A DNA stretch of 64,000 bases, from positions 74,462,001 to 74,526,000 of the forward strand of contig NC_042999.1 in the NCBI RefSeq assembly GCF_006345805.1, read 5' to 3'. The notes beneath the pieces were generated by a model that was not told the DNA's origin, did no database searches, and saw only the letters and a program-made list of their open reading frames with translations. The first letter of the stretch is position 1, and each line of letters starts with the position of its first letter. Shown in pieces: positions 51,550 to 64,000 of the stretch. Position numbers and translations under genes: made by a program. The stretch comes from Octopus sinensis. Lineage: Eukaryota.

Positions 51550-54500
51550 ATCATCATCATCGTTTAACATCTGTTTTCCATGCTCACATGGGTTGGACGA
51601 TTTGACTGAGGTCGGGAGAGCCAGCGGCTGCACCAGGCTCCTATCTGATCGAACAATATTTCTACAGCTGGATGCCCTTCCTGATGCCAGCCACTCCAAG
51701 ATTATAGTGGGTGCTTTTTACATGCCACTGGCACAAGAGCCAGTCAGGTGAGCCTAGCATCGATCACATTTGGATAGTGCTTTTTATGTGCCACCAGCAT
51801 GGAGGCCAGTCAGAGGGTACTGGTATTGGCCATGTTTAGATAGTGCTTTTTACGTGCCACCGGCACAGGAGCCAGTCAGGGAGTACTGGCATCAGCCACA
51901 TTTGGATGGTGCTTTTTATGTGCCACTGGCAAAGGAGCCAGTCAAGGAATACTGGCATTGGCCACATTCAGATGAAGCTTTTTACGTGCCAGTCAGGGAG
52001 CACTGGCCACAGCTATGGTATTGGTTTCACTTGACTCAACAGTCTTCTCAAGCATATCATATCACCCGATACATTAGGAATACTCTTAACTGGGCCAGAC
52101 ATGCATAGCTGCGATCTCACTTTAGTTGCCGGGTCTTCTCAATCACAGCATATCTCCAAAGGTCTCGGTTTCCTGTCATTACCTCTATGAGGCCCAATGT
52201 TTGAAGGCCATGCTTCACCATCTCATCCTATGTCTGCCTGGGTCTAACACTTCCATAGGTTCCTTCAACAGTTAGTGAGTTACGCTTCCTCACACAACTG
52301 TCCTCATCCATACATAATACATGACCATACCAGCACAGTTGTCTCTCTTGTACACTACATTTGATGCTTTTTATGCCCAACTTTTCTCTCAAGGCGCTTA
52401 CACTCTGTCATGTATGCACACTGACATTACACATCCAGCGGATCATACTAGCTTCATTTCTTTCAAGCCTATGCATATCCTCAACAGTCATGGCTCGTGT
52501 TTCACTGCTGTGTAGCATGGTAGTTGACACACATGCATCATACAGTCTACCTTTTATCCTGAGCAAGAGGCCCTTAGTTGACAGCAGAAGTAGGAGTTCC
52601 CTGAACTTTGCCCAGGCTATTCTTATTCTAGCCACTACACTCTCAGAGCAACCACCCCCACTACTGACTTGGTTGCCTAGGTAGCGGAAGCTATTAACTA
52701 CTTCTAGTTTCTTCCCCTGGCATGTGACGGAATCTATTTTCTGTATATCTTCAGTGTTTATTGCCCCTGTGCACCTGCCACACACAAAAACTATCTTCCC
52801 GGTTAACCTTCCATTGATATTGCTGCACCTTTTATGTGTCCTTAGCTTATACTGGGTACATCGCATGGAGTTTCTACCCATGCCTTTTCTACAGATTGAG
52901 CAGGGCCATCTACCTGAAGGGGTTTGTGATTTGACAGCCTTCCTACTTACTAAGACTTTGGTTTTTGCTAGGTGAACCCTAAGGCACTTCAATTCTAGAC
53001 CTTGCCGGACTTTGTCTCTAGTTCTGGCAGTGACTTAGTTATTAGAGCAAGGTCTTCAGCATAGAGTAGCTCCCAGGGGCATCCAATCTTGAATTGGAGG
53101 ACTATAATGAATAAGAGGGGTGTTGAAGATTGATCCTTGATGGATCCATACTTCTACTCGGAAGTTTTCACTATACTCATTGCCAACCCTCACCTTACAG
53201 CATTCCTGTACAGGGCTTGTACAGCTCTTACCAATCACTTGTCTACCCCCAGTTTCCAAGTTGACCATCAGATAACAGATTGGGGGACCGTGTTGAAGGC
53301 TTTCTCTGAGTCAACAAAAGCCAATTACATAGGTTTATCTTTGGCTAGATATTTCTCCTGAAGTTGCCTTAACAGAAATATATCATCAGTGGTGCTTCTG
53401 GCTGGCACAAAACCAAACTGCATCTCATCTAGGCAAACTCTCTCCCTAATTAGTTGGGCTGTGACCCTCTCTGTAACTTTCATCACATGAATCAATAATT
53501 CAATACACCTGTAGTTATTTCTATCTAAAGCATCACTTTTCTTCTTGCAGCAGTTGATTATGGTGCTGCTACACCAGTCATTGGGTATGACTCCTTCATT
53601 AACCACCTGATTTATGATGTGGGTGACAATACCATAGCCCACACCGCCAGATATTTTAAGCATCTTGCGGTGATTTCTGATGGGTGAGGTGCTTTTCCTG
53701 TCTTCATATCCTTAATTGCTTTATCTGCCAGGGTACAGTTGATTTGGGTAGCTGGTCTCTCAATTGGGTCAACCTTTGGCAGACTCTCCTCCCCCCATTC
53801 TCCACATTCAGCAGTGTTTCATAATGGCATCTCCAAGCCTCTTTCTTTGCAGAATCATTAAATGCAAGGGTACCATCATCCATGCAGACACATTTCTCTC
53901 CATTACATCATGGTTTTCTCTCACATACTGTCTTGCAATCCGAAATACTTGAGTTCTCTGGTTCTCATGTCGCTGAACATTGGCAAACTTCTTCTTTTCT
54001 GCTACTCCCTTGGCTATATATACCTGTCTTCTAGCTTCTCTTTTGCCTATCTGATACATTCTCCTGCTACCCCAACTCTTCCAGGCTTTCCAAGCCTGTT
54101 TCTTTACAGTATAGGCCCTGTCTACAGTATTGCTCTACCACCATGTTACCCTCTGCCTGGAAGGGACTTTGCACCAACCACAGATTTGGTCTGTAGCACT
54201 CAGCAAGCTGTCTCGCAGGAATTCCCAGCTGCCTTCTATGTCAGGACTGTAGCTCCTCCTCCTTATCATTAAATTTCTCAATAAGGATATCCCTAAATCT
54301 CTGACCACATGAAGGGTTCTTAAGCTTGCAATCCTTCTTTTCCAGATTGATCTGCTTTTTGGCATCCTTCAGGCCCCAAGTCTAAAGTCACTAATAACTG
54401 GTCTATGCTGGGGGGCACATTCTTCACCAGGGAGGGTCTTTGTATTTAAGAGCAACTATGCATCCCACTCTCTGGTAAGAATTAAATCAATCTGGCTAGC

Positions 54501-55050
54501 AGAGTCACCTGATTGAAAGATTATCAGGTGGCTAGCTGGCTTCCTGAAGTTGGTGTTGCAGATCAATAGGTTATTTGCATCACAGAACTCTAGGAGTCTA
54601 GTTCCCTCTTCATTTCTGGTACTAACTCCGTGGCCCCATGTACACCATGGAAGATAACAGTTTGCTGTCTGACATGCCCATTAAAATCTCCAGCCACAAA
54701 GATGAGATCATTGTCACTTGTCTTTGAGGTAGCCTGCAGAAAAATATCATAAAAGTGATCTTTCTGTTCATTTGGTAGGCCCGATTATAGGGCATAGGCA
54801 GAGATAATTGTAGATATACCATTCTGCAAAACTAGCCTGGGTTTAAGTACTCTATCGCACACCCTCACTACCTCTATGACCTTATCTACCCATTTCTCTG
54901 CAAGAAGTATGCCCACACCCCTATTCCATTACTATTACCTTCCCAGAAGAGTTTATATCTATCTGCTTTGCTTGTGAGGACTCTGGCTGAAGCCCCTCTT
55001 CACCTTACCTCTTGCATGCAGCATACATCAATATGTCTCCATTCAAGCAC
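51550..55050 (-). mobile_element. RTE-clade LINE family A, near full-length ORF, degenerate
   Basis: APE endonuclease (DVCCMQEVR, ISAYAP, VAGDFNGHV, CNTNFRK, QIDLIL), RT (DEMQFGF..STTDDIF, KAF), C-terminus, 66-bp tandem 3' UTR units at 51711/51777/51843/51909, (GAT)n tail. Confidence 0.9.
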
Positions 55051-57185
55051 ATGTGGAAGGCTTTCTAATGGATCCCTGTACTAATCCTAGGATGCAGTCT
55101 TATAAGATAATGTTATACAGAGTTTGTTGGAGGACTGTGCTAAAGGTATGAGAGTTTAAGGAATGTCCAACAATTTACTCTAAAAGACAATGAGGAGGAA
55201 GCTTTATTAATCAGACAAATGGAATTCTCATTTGTCAAAAAATCATACTAGGTTCAATAATTAATTTTTCTGAGTAAGGGATGTAAAATAATTATTATGA
55301 AATTACTTAACATGGAATTGTATTGTTATTTAATATTCTGCTTCTTGGTTGTTTATGCAAGCTGCAATTTGTTTATGCCAAATTTGCATGTTATATTAGT
55401 GAACAGAAAGCAGAGTGCTGAAAAACAGTCATAAAGTTCAAGAATTAGTGGCCATATGTTGTCAGTTATTCATAGCCAAAGCACTTAACTTTCAATTAAC
55501 CAAGTCCATTCACAGAACAGTAATGACTGCATCCTAAGAAAGCATAGGGATTTGAACCCCAGCTGTAACATATTCAGTTAGGGATCATGAGTAAGCCACC
55601 ACAATGTCACTCAATTAGTCAATAAATTGACCAGTCATCATGAAGCTGTGGTGTGATAAAGTTCTTCAGATGATATAAAATCTGTCCCTTTTTCACCCTG
55701 TAAAGAACTGTTTGGCAGCCAACTTGGCCAAACAGCCATGGGCATTTATCCAGAACACCTTTGGTACTCACAGAAGGCATACCACCTCAAGCAAGAAACG
55801 ATTTTGAACACTTATATCCGATGTACCACAGCTAGCCTTTTACAGACACAGTATGCTACTCTCTTCCAAGTTGGCGGTTATATTATAAGCATCTTTCTTT
55901 TGTAATCAGCCAAAGCAATAAATTATGTCCAGCAATAAATATGTTAAAAGTTAAAAGTTTGTGAGTTGCTCCATTTCTTTGCACACACAGCTAGTTAGAC
56001 CTCAAGATGATGGTTTTCAAGAAACCACCATAACAACGATGACTAAGCAACCACGTGACAGAAGTCTGCTTAATTGATTTTCATAGTCACACATAGATAA
56101 GATCTCTGTCTCTTCTAGTGTTACTTCAACTACCTCTGCACCTCACAGTAAGCATGTCTTATGTCATTTCCACTTTAACACTTTCAACTTTCTCATCTCT
56201 CCTCACCACTCATGTTGACTCCAACTCTACCCAAACTCTACTAACCACTGCACACAAGCCTACTTCTCCAGAAAGTTGGCCTTAGAATTCCCTCCTTCCA
56301 CAGATATTTTTACAGTGTTGACCTGCTTGTATGGAACATCAATGGTATAATTCTTAATGGTCTTGAAAGGCATATGAAGGCCATGGGTACAGCTTCTTTC
56401 TTTAGATTTAGCTAATGAAAAAAAACAGACATTGACCAATACGGAGATAGATATTTTAGTGTTAGAATTTCTAGTATGAAGGAAAAGATTTGTGTTTTTG
56501 AAGAGAAATGGCATCTCAAAATTAAGGTGAAAATATCCAGAACCTTTATGAAACCTATTTGATCACAATATGTATAAGTAGCATATTTTACAATTTTATA
56601 CATTTGAGAAATTTCTGATCTGAGAAAAGTCAAGTAAATTATTTGATCATCTGACAACAGTTAGGTGACAAAATAAGTGTCAATTTAAATATCTTTATAT
56701 GCCAAGTGAAAGATTTTGTGAGAATAATTTCGGAAGACATTAAATAGATTTTTATGTATGAAATTATATTTCAATTGTCTACTGCAAAACAGGTCAAATG
56801 CTGAAAATATATTCTTTTAATTTATGAATTTGTAATGTGATTGCAATATTGAATCAATTTACTTTCTGCCAAGTTATGGATAATACAAAGCTCAAAGATC
56901 ATATTGTAAATCTATATAGATCAGTATTGTTTAATACATATAGGATGATTTACAAGTGACAATAATTATCATGTTAAATTATTAGATGACTGATTGTATG
57001 GTTACATATTGAAACTTCACTTCAGCCATTGTGTTGTGCCCCTAATTGTCTCAGTTGCCTGTCTACAGGTGCCACTCTGTTTTCAAACTAAGGTGGGAAT
57101 CCAAAACTGTAAAAATTATTACTGCAACAGAAACAATTCTAACAATGCAAGCATGGGAAAATGGATTCAAAAATATCAGAAAAAG

Positions 57186-58070
57186 TACAAGATGATATCA
57201 AAAAGTTCTTGGACTAGTTATGTTTAAATAACATATTTATTTAAGTTTTAACATCATCTACTTTGAAATAGTCACCTTGTGCACCAATACACCAATCCCA
57301 GCATTCCTGTCACTTTTGGAATCCAGCCTGGAAGCAGTTTTCAGCAAGTGAGTCAAAGACCTTGACAATGGTGTTGAAATGGAATCTTTTGAACTGCACT
57401 TTCATCATGGGAAAGATATGGAAATCCACAGGTGCTAAATCTGATGACTAGGGTAGGTGCAGAAGTGACACTATGTTGTTTGGGGCAAGAAACTCACGAA
57501 TGTGGAGAGCTAAGTGATAGGATGCATTGTTGTCATGAAGAATACAATTCTTCATGTTCTACAGATCCAGTTGCTTTTGCTGAATGTCCTCCTTCAAACA
57601 CTTCAAAACCTCACAGCAGAACTCTTGATTGGTAGTCTGGCTCTGGGGGCTGAATTCTTGATGCACAATGCTACAGATGACAAAAAAAGTGAGGCGCATG
57701 CTCTTCAATGAGCTGTGAGTCTGTTGTGTGCCTGAACCACTCAAAACATTTGTGTACAACCCACAGCCTATTCACTGCAAGCTTGCCAAAGCATGCTCAA
57801 TGTCTCTGTAGCAGACTTCCCAAGTTTAATGCAAACTTTTGCCCTGGCTCTTTGTTCTAACTTTCTGTCCATGATAAAAATTGCAGACTCCAACCATAGA
57901 CATGATCACAAAAACAAAAATTTCACAACTTGCAATGTAACCACAGCAATGTCACGCAACACACTGCATCATGAAGGTCAGTGCTAGCTCTCACTGTGCA
58001 TGCAACTGTATGCTGCCATCTGTTGGTACACTACAGAACTAATCTAGGAACTTTTTGATACCACCTCATA
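57186..58070 (-). mobile_element. Internally deleted mariner with both TIRs
   Basis: TA-flanked TIRs TACAAGATGATATCAAAAAGTTCTTGGACTAGTT and its imperfect reverse complement ending at 58070; IVHQEFSPQSQTTNQEF..EVLKCL remnant. Confidence 0.82.
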
Positions 58071-58126
58071 ATTTGAATTAAATCAAGAAAAAATTGAATT
58101 TAAAATGAAAATACTTTGAATCTTAC

Positions 58127-58474
58127 ATTTACATGTTTCATTATGGACTTCAATTTCATCCAAGTATATATATCCGTCCCAATATGAATTAGCATTTACT
58201 GTACCCTGAAAATTCAGCCCGAATGTTGTTGAATTTGGAAAATCCACACAAGCAGTAATGAATTCAGGAATATCATTGAAATTTGAAGACCACAACAATT
58301 CCTTCGATGAATAAGAGTCATAAGTAAAGAGTGCAAATTCTTTCATAGGTCCTCTCATTAAGTATTTGAAGGTGACACTAGAATTTTCCTTCACATCTGC
58401 TTGAGGTGACCGTATGTAAACTTCTGAATTTTCAGTATCTGTTCTTGAATAAATGTATAAGTAATTGTTTGTAT
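58127..58474 (-). CDS. Host gene exon A (first in window): C-terminal part of MAM domain 1
   Basis: Acceptor ttttacag|AT, donor AAAT|gtaaga; 348 nt, phase 1-1. Reads YLYIYSR..IRSP..SSVTFKYLMRG..LLWSS..IYLDEIEVHNETC, matching the MAM pattern YxY..LxSP..FxYxM..LW..IxLDDI..C. Confidence 0.85.
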
Positions 58475-59016
58475 CTGTAAAATAAGGAAAATAAGCAAAA
58501 TACATTAACATTGGTATGTGGTTTAAAATAAAGTTGTCAAAATAGTGACTAATCTAATAATAAATCCAAAATACATAGTAACAATAAGTTAGTAATTTTC
58601 TAACGAGGAACTTGTGGATCCATTGTTCATTTTCAGTTACTGATTGTGAAAGGATGAAACTAAGTCACTTGACCTGGCACTCTACCATTTTACCTTTCCA
58701 CTGACTATAAAAGCATCCAGTGCAAAGTAGATTTTATGAAGGTAGAAAACATGTTTCTTGAAATAAGATAGTAAAATATTTGATTGCAGTCTTATACATA
58801 TAAAATGAAAGAAAAAGCTGCACTGTTGATCTCAGCAAAATCATTAGTTCCAGTTTGTCTATAACCATTTACTTCAATATGAATGACTAAACAAAAAACA
58901 TTTCACAATGGATTGGTTGCAACAAGAGATGCATTGATTAGTATATTCAACTGATTCAACAAATAAACTAACCTGTCTTGTAAAGCATGGAAAAATTATT
59001 ATGCAAAAAAAACAAA

Positions 59017-59048
<32 letters not shown>

Positions 59049-59049
59049 A

Positions 59050-59372
59050 AGGGTAAAGACCCCCTTCGGTCATGAATGACCATGGGATTGCACCTAGAAA
59101 GTTACCTTCCTAGATACAAGTCCGGGCAAGGTTGTTTATGGAAGGCCAGCAGTCGCCCATGCATACCAGCCTCCCCTCTCCATGCCACCAGTGTTATCCA
59201 GGGAAAGACAAAGGTCGATACAGCTTGGCACCAGTGACGTCGCAACTCATTTCTACAGCTGAGTGAACTGGAGCAACGTGAAATAAAGTGCCTTGCTCGA
59301 GAACACAACACGCAGCCCAGTCCGGGATTCGAGCTCACAACCTCACGATCGTAAGCTCGACGCTCTAACCAC
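59050..59372 (-). mobile_element. tRNA-Arg-like-headed SINE in a (TA)n tract
   Basis: Minus strand starts TAGTGGTTAGAGCGTCGAGCTTACGATCGTGAGGTTGTGAGCTCGAATCCCGG (A/B boxes, ACG anticodon-like loop), then CORE-like GAGCAAGGCACTT..CAGCTGTAGAAATGAG; (TA)n on both sides. Confidence 0.8.
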
Positions 59373-59729
59373 TATATATATATATATAAAGAAATTTTTT
59401 TTTAAATAAAAAAAAAAGAAAGAGAAAGAAAATGGAGAAGTAGGAAGATAGCTGAAAAAGAGAAAACCCATACAAAAATGATAGACTAAATGTTTGGCAA
59501 TGCTTGGCATTCACATACATATTTCAGTAGAGAAACAAATGCCAGTATAGATAATGATAATAAGGCGACAAGGCCTGAAATTTAGGAGGATAGGCCAGTT
59601 GATTACATCCATCCCAGTATTTAAATGGTACTCATTTTATGGACCTGAAAAGGGTGAAAGGGAAACGCAACCTTGGCTGAAATGGAACTCAGAATCTAAA
59701 GATAGAGAAAATGTCAAAGCAATTTGTTC

Positions 59730-59799
<70 letters not shown>

Positions 59800-59810
59800 T
59801 AATAATAATA
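59730..59810. repeat. (TAA)n microsatellite
   Basis: Direct reading; immediately 5' of an R4/Dong copy. Confidence 0.95.
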
Positions 59811-61582
59811 CATCAGGAAAATGTAATTAGAAGCCACACAACAATACCAAATGATATAAACACTGAAATAGTAAAACACGAAGACAAACGTAACATTTCC
59901 AACAAAAACGAAGTAAACAAAAAACAACAAACCCAGACCGTAGGGATGTATAATAATGTACAAAAAGCATCAAACCAAAACACACGTATGAGAAAGAAAG
60001 TGAACCAAATCTAAAACCTGGAAACAACGAAGGGGAACCTAATGATTATGATACTATAAAAACTAGAATAATCAAAGAATTGAAAACCACAGATCTCAAT
60101 GGATCACCGACCATACCACCCAAAAATCAAAATAGACAAAAAAACAACATCAATAATAAATAGCATAAACCTGGCCATCACAGAACTAATAGCCACTGAA
60201 ACAAATAGCAATATCACTGAGCTAATTGACATAATATATGCAGCAGCCACTGCAGCCACAAAAGAAGCTAGATACTCCCTCAAACCCATCCAAACAGGAG
60301 TACCACCACCCAAACAAACCCTGTGGATAAATAACATCCAAAAAAAAAATACAAATAATAAGAAAAGATCTGTCGATTCTTAACGAAATTAGTAGACAAT
60401 CAACACTACTAAGCAACAGAAAGAAAACAAAAATACTGTGCAAATACGACATCACAGAAAAAGATTTACCTGAGATAAAAGAAAAGCTGAAGCAAGATAT
60501 CCTTGCCAAAGCACAAACGATCCGCCGATATGAGAAATGCCAACGTTTCTTTGAACAAAACAAACAGTTCAACTCCAACCCCCAAAAGTTCTTCCAAGAA
60601 CTTAGCAAAAATAAAATAGACATCACTGCAGCACCAACGGCAGAAGAAGTGGAAGAATTCTGGAAAGAAATATGGTCGGCCAATGAACAACCACAGAAAA
60701 GGACTATTAAAACAACAAACTTAGCACCTGAGCAACTCTGGACCCCCATAACAACTGAAGAGGTCACCCAGGCACTGCAAAGACTAAGCAACTGGAAGGC
60801 ACCTGGGCACAACAAGATCCTCAACTTCTGGTTGAAATATCTGACAGGAATGCACAAAAAGCTGGCTGAAAACTTTAACAACATACTGGCAGAGCCAGAG
60901 ACAATGCCTGAATGGCTCACAAAAGGGAAAACCATCCTAATTTCCAAATCAAATGAAACGGCAAAACCAAAAGACTACAGACCTATAACCTGTCTCCCTA
61001 CAATGTAAAAGCCTTTACTGCAGTAATATTGCAAAGATTGAACGAGCACCTGGACGAAAACAACCTGTTTCCAGAAGAGCAGAAAGGATGCTGCAAGGGC
61101 TCATATGGGTGTAAAGATTAACTAATGATCAATAAAGCCATAACTGAAGACAGCCGTAGAAAGAAGAAAGGCCTCAGTATGGCCTCAATTGACTACCGAA
61201 AGGTGTTAGATAGCATTCCCCACACATGGATCCCCGAAACACTAGCCATTAACAAGGTAGCACCAAAAATTATAAAATGCATAAGACACTCTATGAATAA
61301 ATGGCAGACAGTGCTACAGCTCCAAACAAAAGAGGGACTCATGGAAACCAAAGCCATCCCCATTAGTAGAGGAATATTCCAGGGAGACATGCTCTTTCCA
61401 CTCCTTTTCTGCTTGGCACTGACACCTCTATCTGATATGCTAAATAGAACTGGATGCAGATACAAATGTTACAGCAAAACGATCAGCCACCTTTTATATA
61501 TGGATGACATAAAACTATATGCTACAAATGACAAACAGCTGGAAACACTACTACAGACAGTTCATGGATTTACCAAAGAAAT
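59811..61582 (+). mobile_element. R4/Dong family 2, second copy (N-terminal region to YMDD), 3'-truncated, with stops and frameshifts
   Basis: AKAQTIRRYEK, WKAPG, YRPITCL, EEQKGC, GIFQGD, YMDD. 61248-61582 is visibly near-identical to 5364-5698. Confidence 0.9.
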
Positions 61583-64000
61583 GTTAAATGAGTTGCAGGA
61601 AGCAATGAGTAAAGAAGAAAAAGATTACCAGCATTAAAAAGCACCAACAGAAGGAAGCTGCTAGATATGACTAAGAAAGTAAATTCTATTATTAGTAAGA
61701 TATATACAAGAGGAGTAGTAGTCACCAGAAGATTAGGTATTCATCAAGGAAAGATTAGAAAAGATCTAATGTTGAAAAGGAGATTACAAAATAAAGTGAA
61801 GATTGAGAAGAATAGAAGCCTGGAAACTGAAAAAGTTAGGAAACACAAAATTTAAATCTTCTCTTGTGAAAAGATATTTAGTTAAAGAGAAAATATCTAG
61901 GATAGTCATGGATGAGTTGAAATAGCATATCATAACAGTAACAGGTACACTTTCCATATATCAGAAAAGAATAGATTAGTATCAACAGAATAGATTATTT
62001 GAGACAGACTAGAGAGGATTTTATAGCCAAGTAAATTTTGGAGAAGAAAGTACTAAAGATGAGAAACCTAATGTAGAGAAGCTAGAAAGTTCTGGAGCAA
62101 TATCTTGGCTATTCCAGTCAATAATGATGTAGATGTAGCATGGTTAAAGAAGGTAAGGCAAAAAGTAATCAGTGAGAAGCAGCTACATCTAAGATTAGTG
62201 TATTAATGAAGAAAGTGTTAGGAAAAATGCCCAATTGGAAGGGCCCAGGACTAATTTAAGGGTACTAATTAAAGAAACTTAGTAGCTTATATGGGAGACT
62301 GAGGGAAAAACTTCATGATTGCCTTAATGGAGGAGGAAATGGTTAGATGTATGCATGATCTATTATACATAGACAAAGCAGTTCTAAATGCAGTAAAATC
62401 TAGGAAGAAAAATTTAACAATAGCAAGGATAGACTATAAGAAAACTTATACAACATTCTACATTCATGGATAAGTAAATGTTTGATAATATGCAGTACTG
62501 CAGACAACATATGAGAACTAATTAGATTTAGCATGAAGAAATGGAAAGTAGTACTCTACTAAGATGATACAGCATTAGGAAAAGAGAGTAAATTTCCAAG
62601 GAGACTTGGGATTTTCCAAGGAGATTTGTTATCCTATTTAATATTTATCGTATGTTTATTCCCCTTCAGTTTATTATTAAGGGAGGCAAAGGCAGGGTGT
62701 CAGTTCAGAAATAGTAAAGGTAAAATTAACCACTTGCTTTACATGGGTGATCTGAAATATTTTAGTAAGAATAAAAGAGAGATAGGTTCCATAATACAAG
62801 CAGTAAGATACCTCAGCAAAAATATAAGTATGGGATCTGGCATAGATAAGTGTACAATATTAGTCATGAAAAAGGGACAAGTAGTGAGCAGTGAAGGTAT
62901 CCTTAACACCAGATGACCAGACCTTAAAATCACTGACAGAAGGAAAGAGTTATAAGTAATTAAATGCACAAGAATCTGACAGATTACAAACTACAGAAAT
63001 GAAAGAGAAAATTGAGAAGGAATACATAGGAAAGGTGAGAAAGCTAATGAAGTCAGATCTAAATGGTTCAAATCTAGTAAAGACTGTAAATACTTGGGAA
63101 GCATCACTATTGAGAAATTCCGCACCTTTTGTAGATTATACAAAATCTGAATTTGTAAAAGAAATTCTTTATGAACAGAGGACTTCATCTAAATGCAGGA
63201 ATAGCAAGATTATATTTACCTAGAAATGGAAGGTGGTAAACATTTAATATTAATAGAAGACTGTGTGGAATTAATTAGAGTAGATATAGCCTCCTATGTA
63301 GGTAACAGTGAAGAAAGTTTATTAAGAAATGCTAGAGAAACAGTAGGAGATAGGGAACCAAAAAGCTAAATGAAGTTAAAAACAAGGAAAAGAAGAAAGA
63401 TTATCTGACTGACAAGAGAATACTTTGCATGGTAGATTCCCAAATATAGTTGCAGGAAATAGTAATAGTGAGACAAGGTTATGGTGGTAGAAAGGAAGGC
63501 AGAAAAAGAGGCAAGATGTTTGTTAGTAGCAGCACAAGATCAAGCATTGAGTACTAAGTAGATAAGAGCCAAGACAGACAAAAATCAAGTAGACTCCCAA
63601 TGTAGGTTATGTAAATCAAAGGAAGAGAGTGTTCCTTAGATAGTGAATGCTGTATGCTGGCACAGAAAGAATGCAAGAAAAGCTATGATAACCTAAGGAG
63701 ATTAATCCACTAGAAGTTATGTAGAAAGCTATGATTTGACCATACTGAGAAGTGATATGCACATGAACCTTACTAGAAAGTAAAAAATATAAGATGTAGG
63801 ATTTTAACATTCAGATTGACAGAGCAATAAAAGCTAGAAGGCCTGATTTTGTAGACAAAGAGAATAGAAAGTGTCAGATATTTGACTTTACAATTCTGAA
63901 TAGTGAGAAAGTCAATTTGAAAGATATAAAGAAAATAACAACATACCAGGTACTAGCCATTGAGTTTTGGGGGCTATGAAAAATGTGTGTGTAAAATGTA
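61583..64000 (+). mobile_element. Old, highly degenerate R4/Dong-like element running off the window end
   Basis: NWKGPG, DYKK, IFQGD, NHLLYMGDLK, AAQDQAL, QCRLCK, ARRPD remnants in order. Confidence 0.8.

Noticed and set aside
51711-52010. Regularly spaced repeats resembling a CRISPR array
   Set aside because: The intervening sequences are homologous to each other, the array lies in a LINE 3' UTR, and there are no cas genes in this eukaryotic context.
56260-56411. Possible extra exon (ttttcattag|CT AAA TCT..SCTHGLHMPF)
   Set aside because: No MAM or LDLa features and no phase-1 donor compatible with exon B; exons A and B already join in frame.
59310-59372. tRNA-Arg gene
   Set aside because: Lacks the 5' acceptor stem and runs into a SINE body; it is a SINE head.
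60222-60947. 241-aa minus-strand ORF
   Set aside because: Antisense shadow of the R4/Dong coding region.

Overview
AT-rich, repeat-dense eukaryotic DNA. The SINE and RTE families look like Octopus (coleoid cephalopod); that assignment is from recall, not a search. The whole window lies inside one minus-strand host gene. Ten exons with GT-AG boundaries (58474 down to 1729) splice into a single stop-free frame of 1914 nt (638 codons). They encode an extracellular mosaic fragment: MAM(C-half)-MAM-MAM-LDLa-MAM-LDLa, i.e. a MAM and LDL-receptor class A domain protein. Its start and end lie outside the window. The introns hold many mobile elements: several R4/Dong-clade RT+RLE retrotransposons (two young ones head-to-tail inside a (TAA)n microsatellite touching an exon acceptor), two RTE-clade LINE families, a Penelope-like element, tRNA-derived SINEs, mariner and DD37D transposons, a Chapaev3-like fossil, MITEs, non-autonomous Helitrons and a Gypsy LTR/gag fragment. 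The best leads are the nearly intact TAA-targeting retrotransposon cluster, a SINE inserted into a splice donor, a long hairpin insertion, decayed hammerhead-ribozyme folds, and unusual cysteine/calcium-site patterns in the host protein. No prokaryote-type system (CRISPR, operon) is present.
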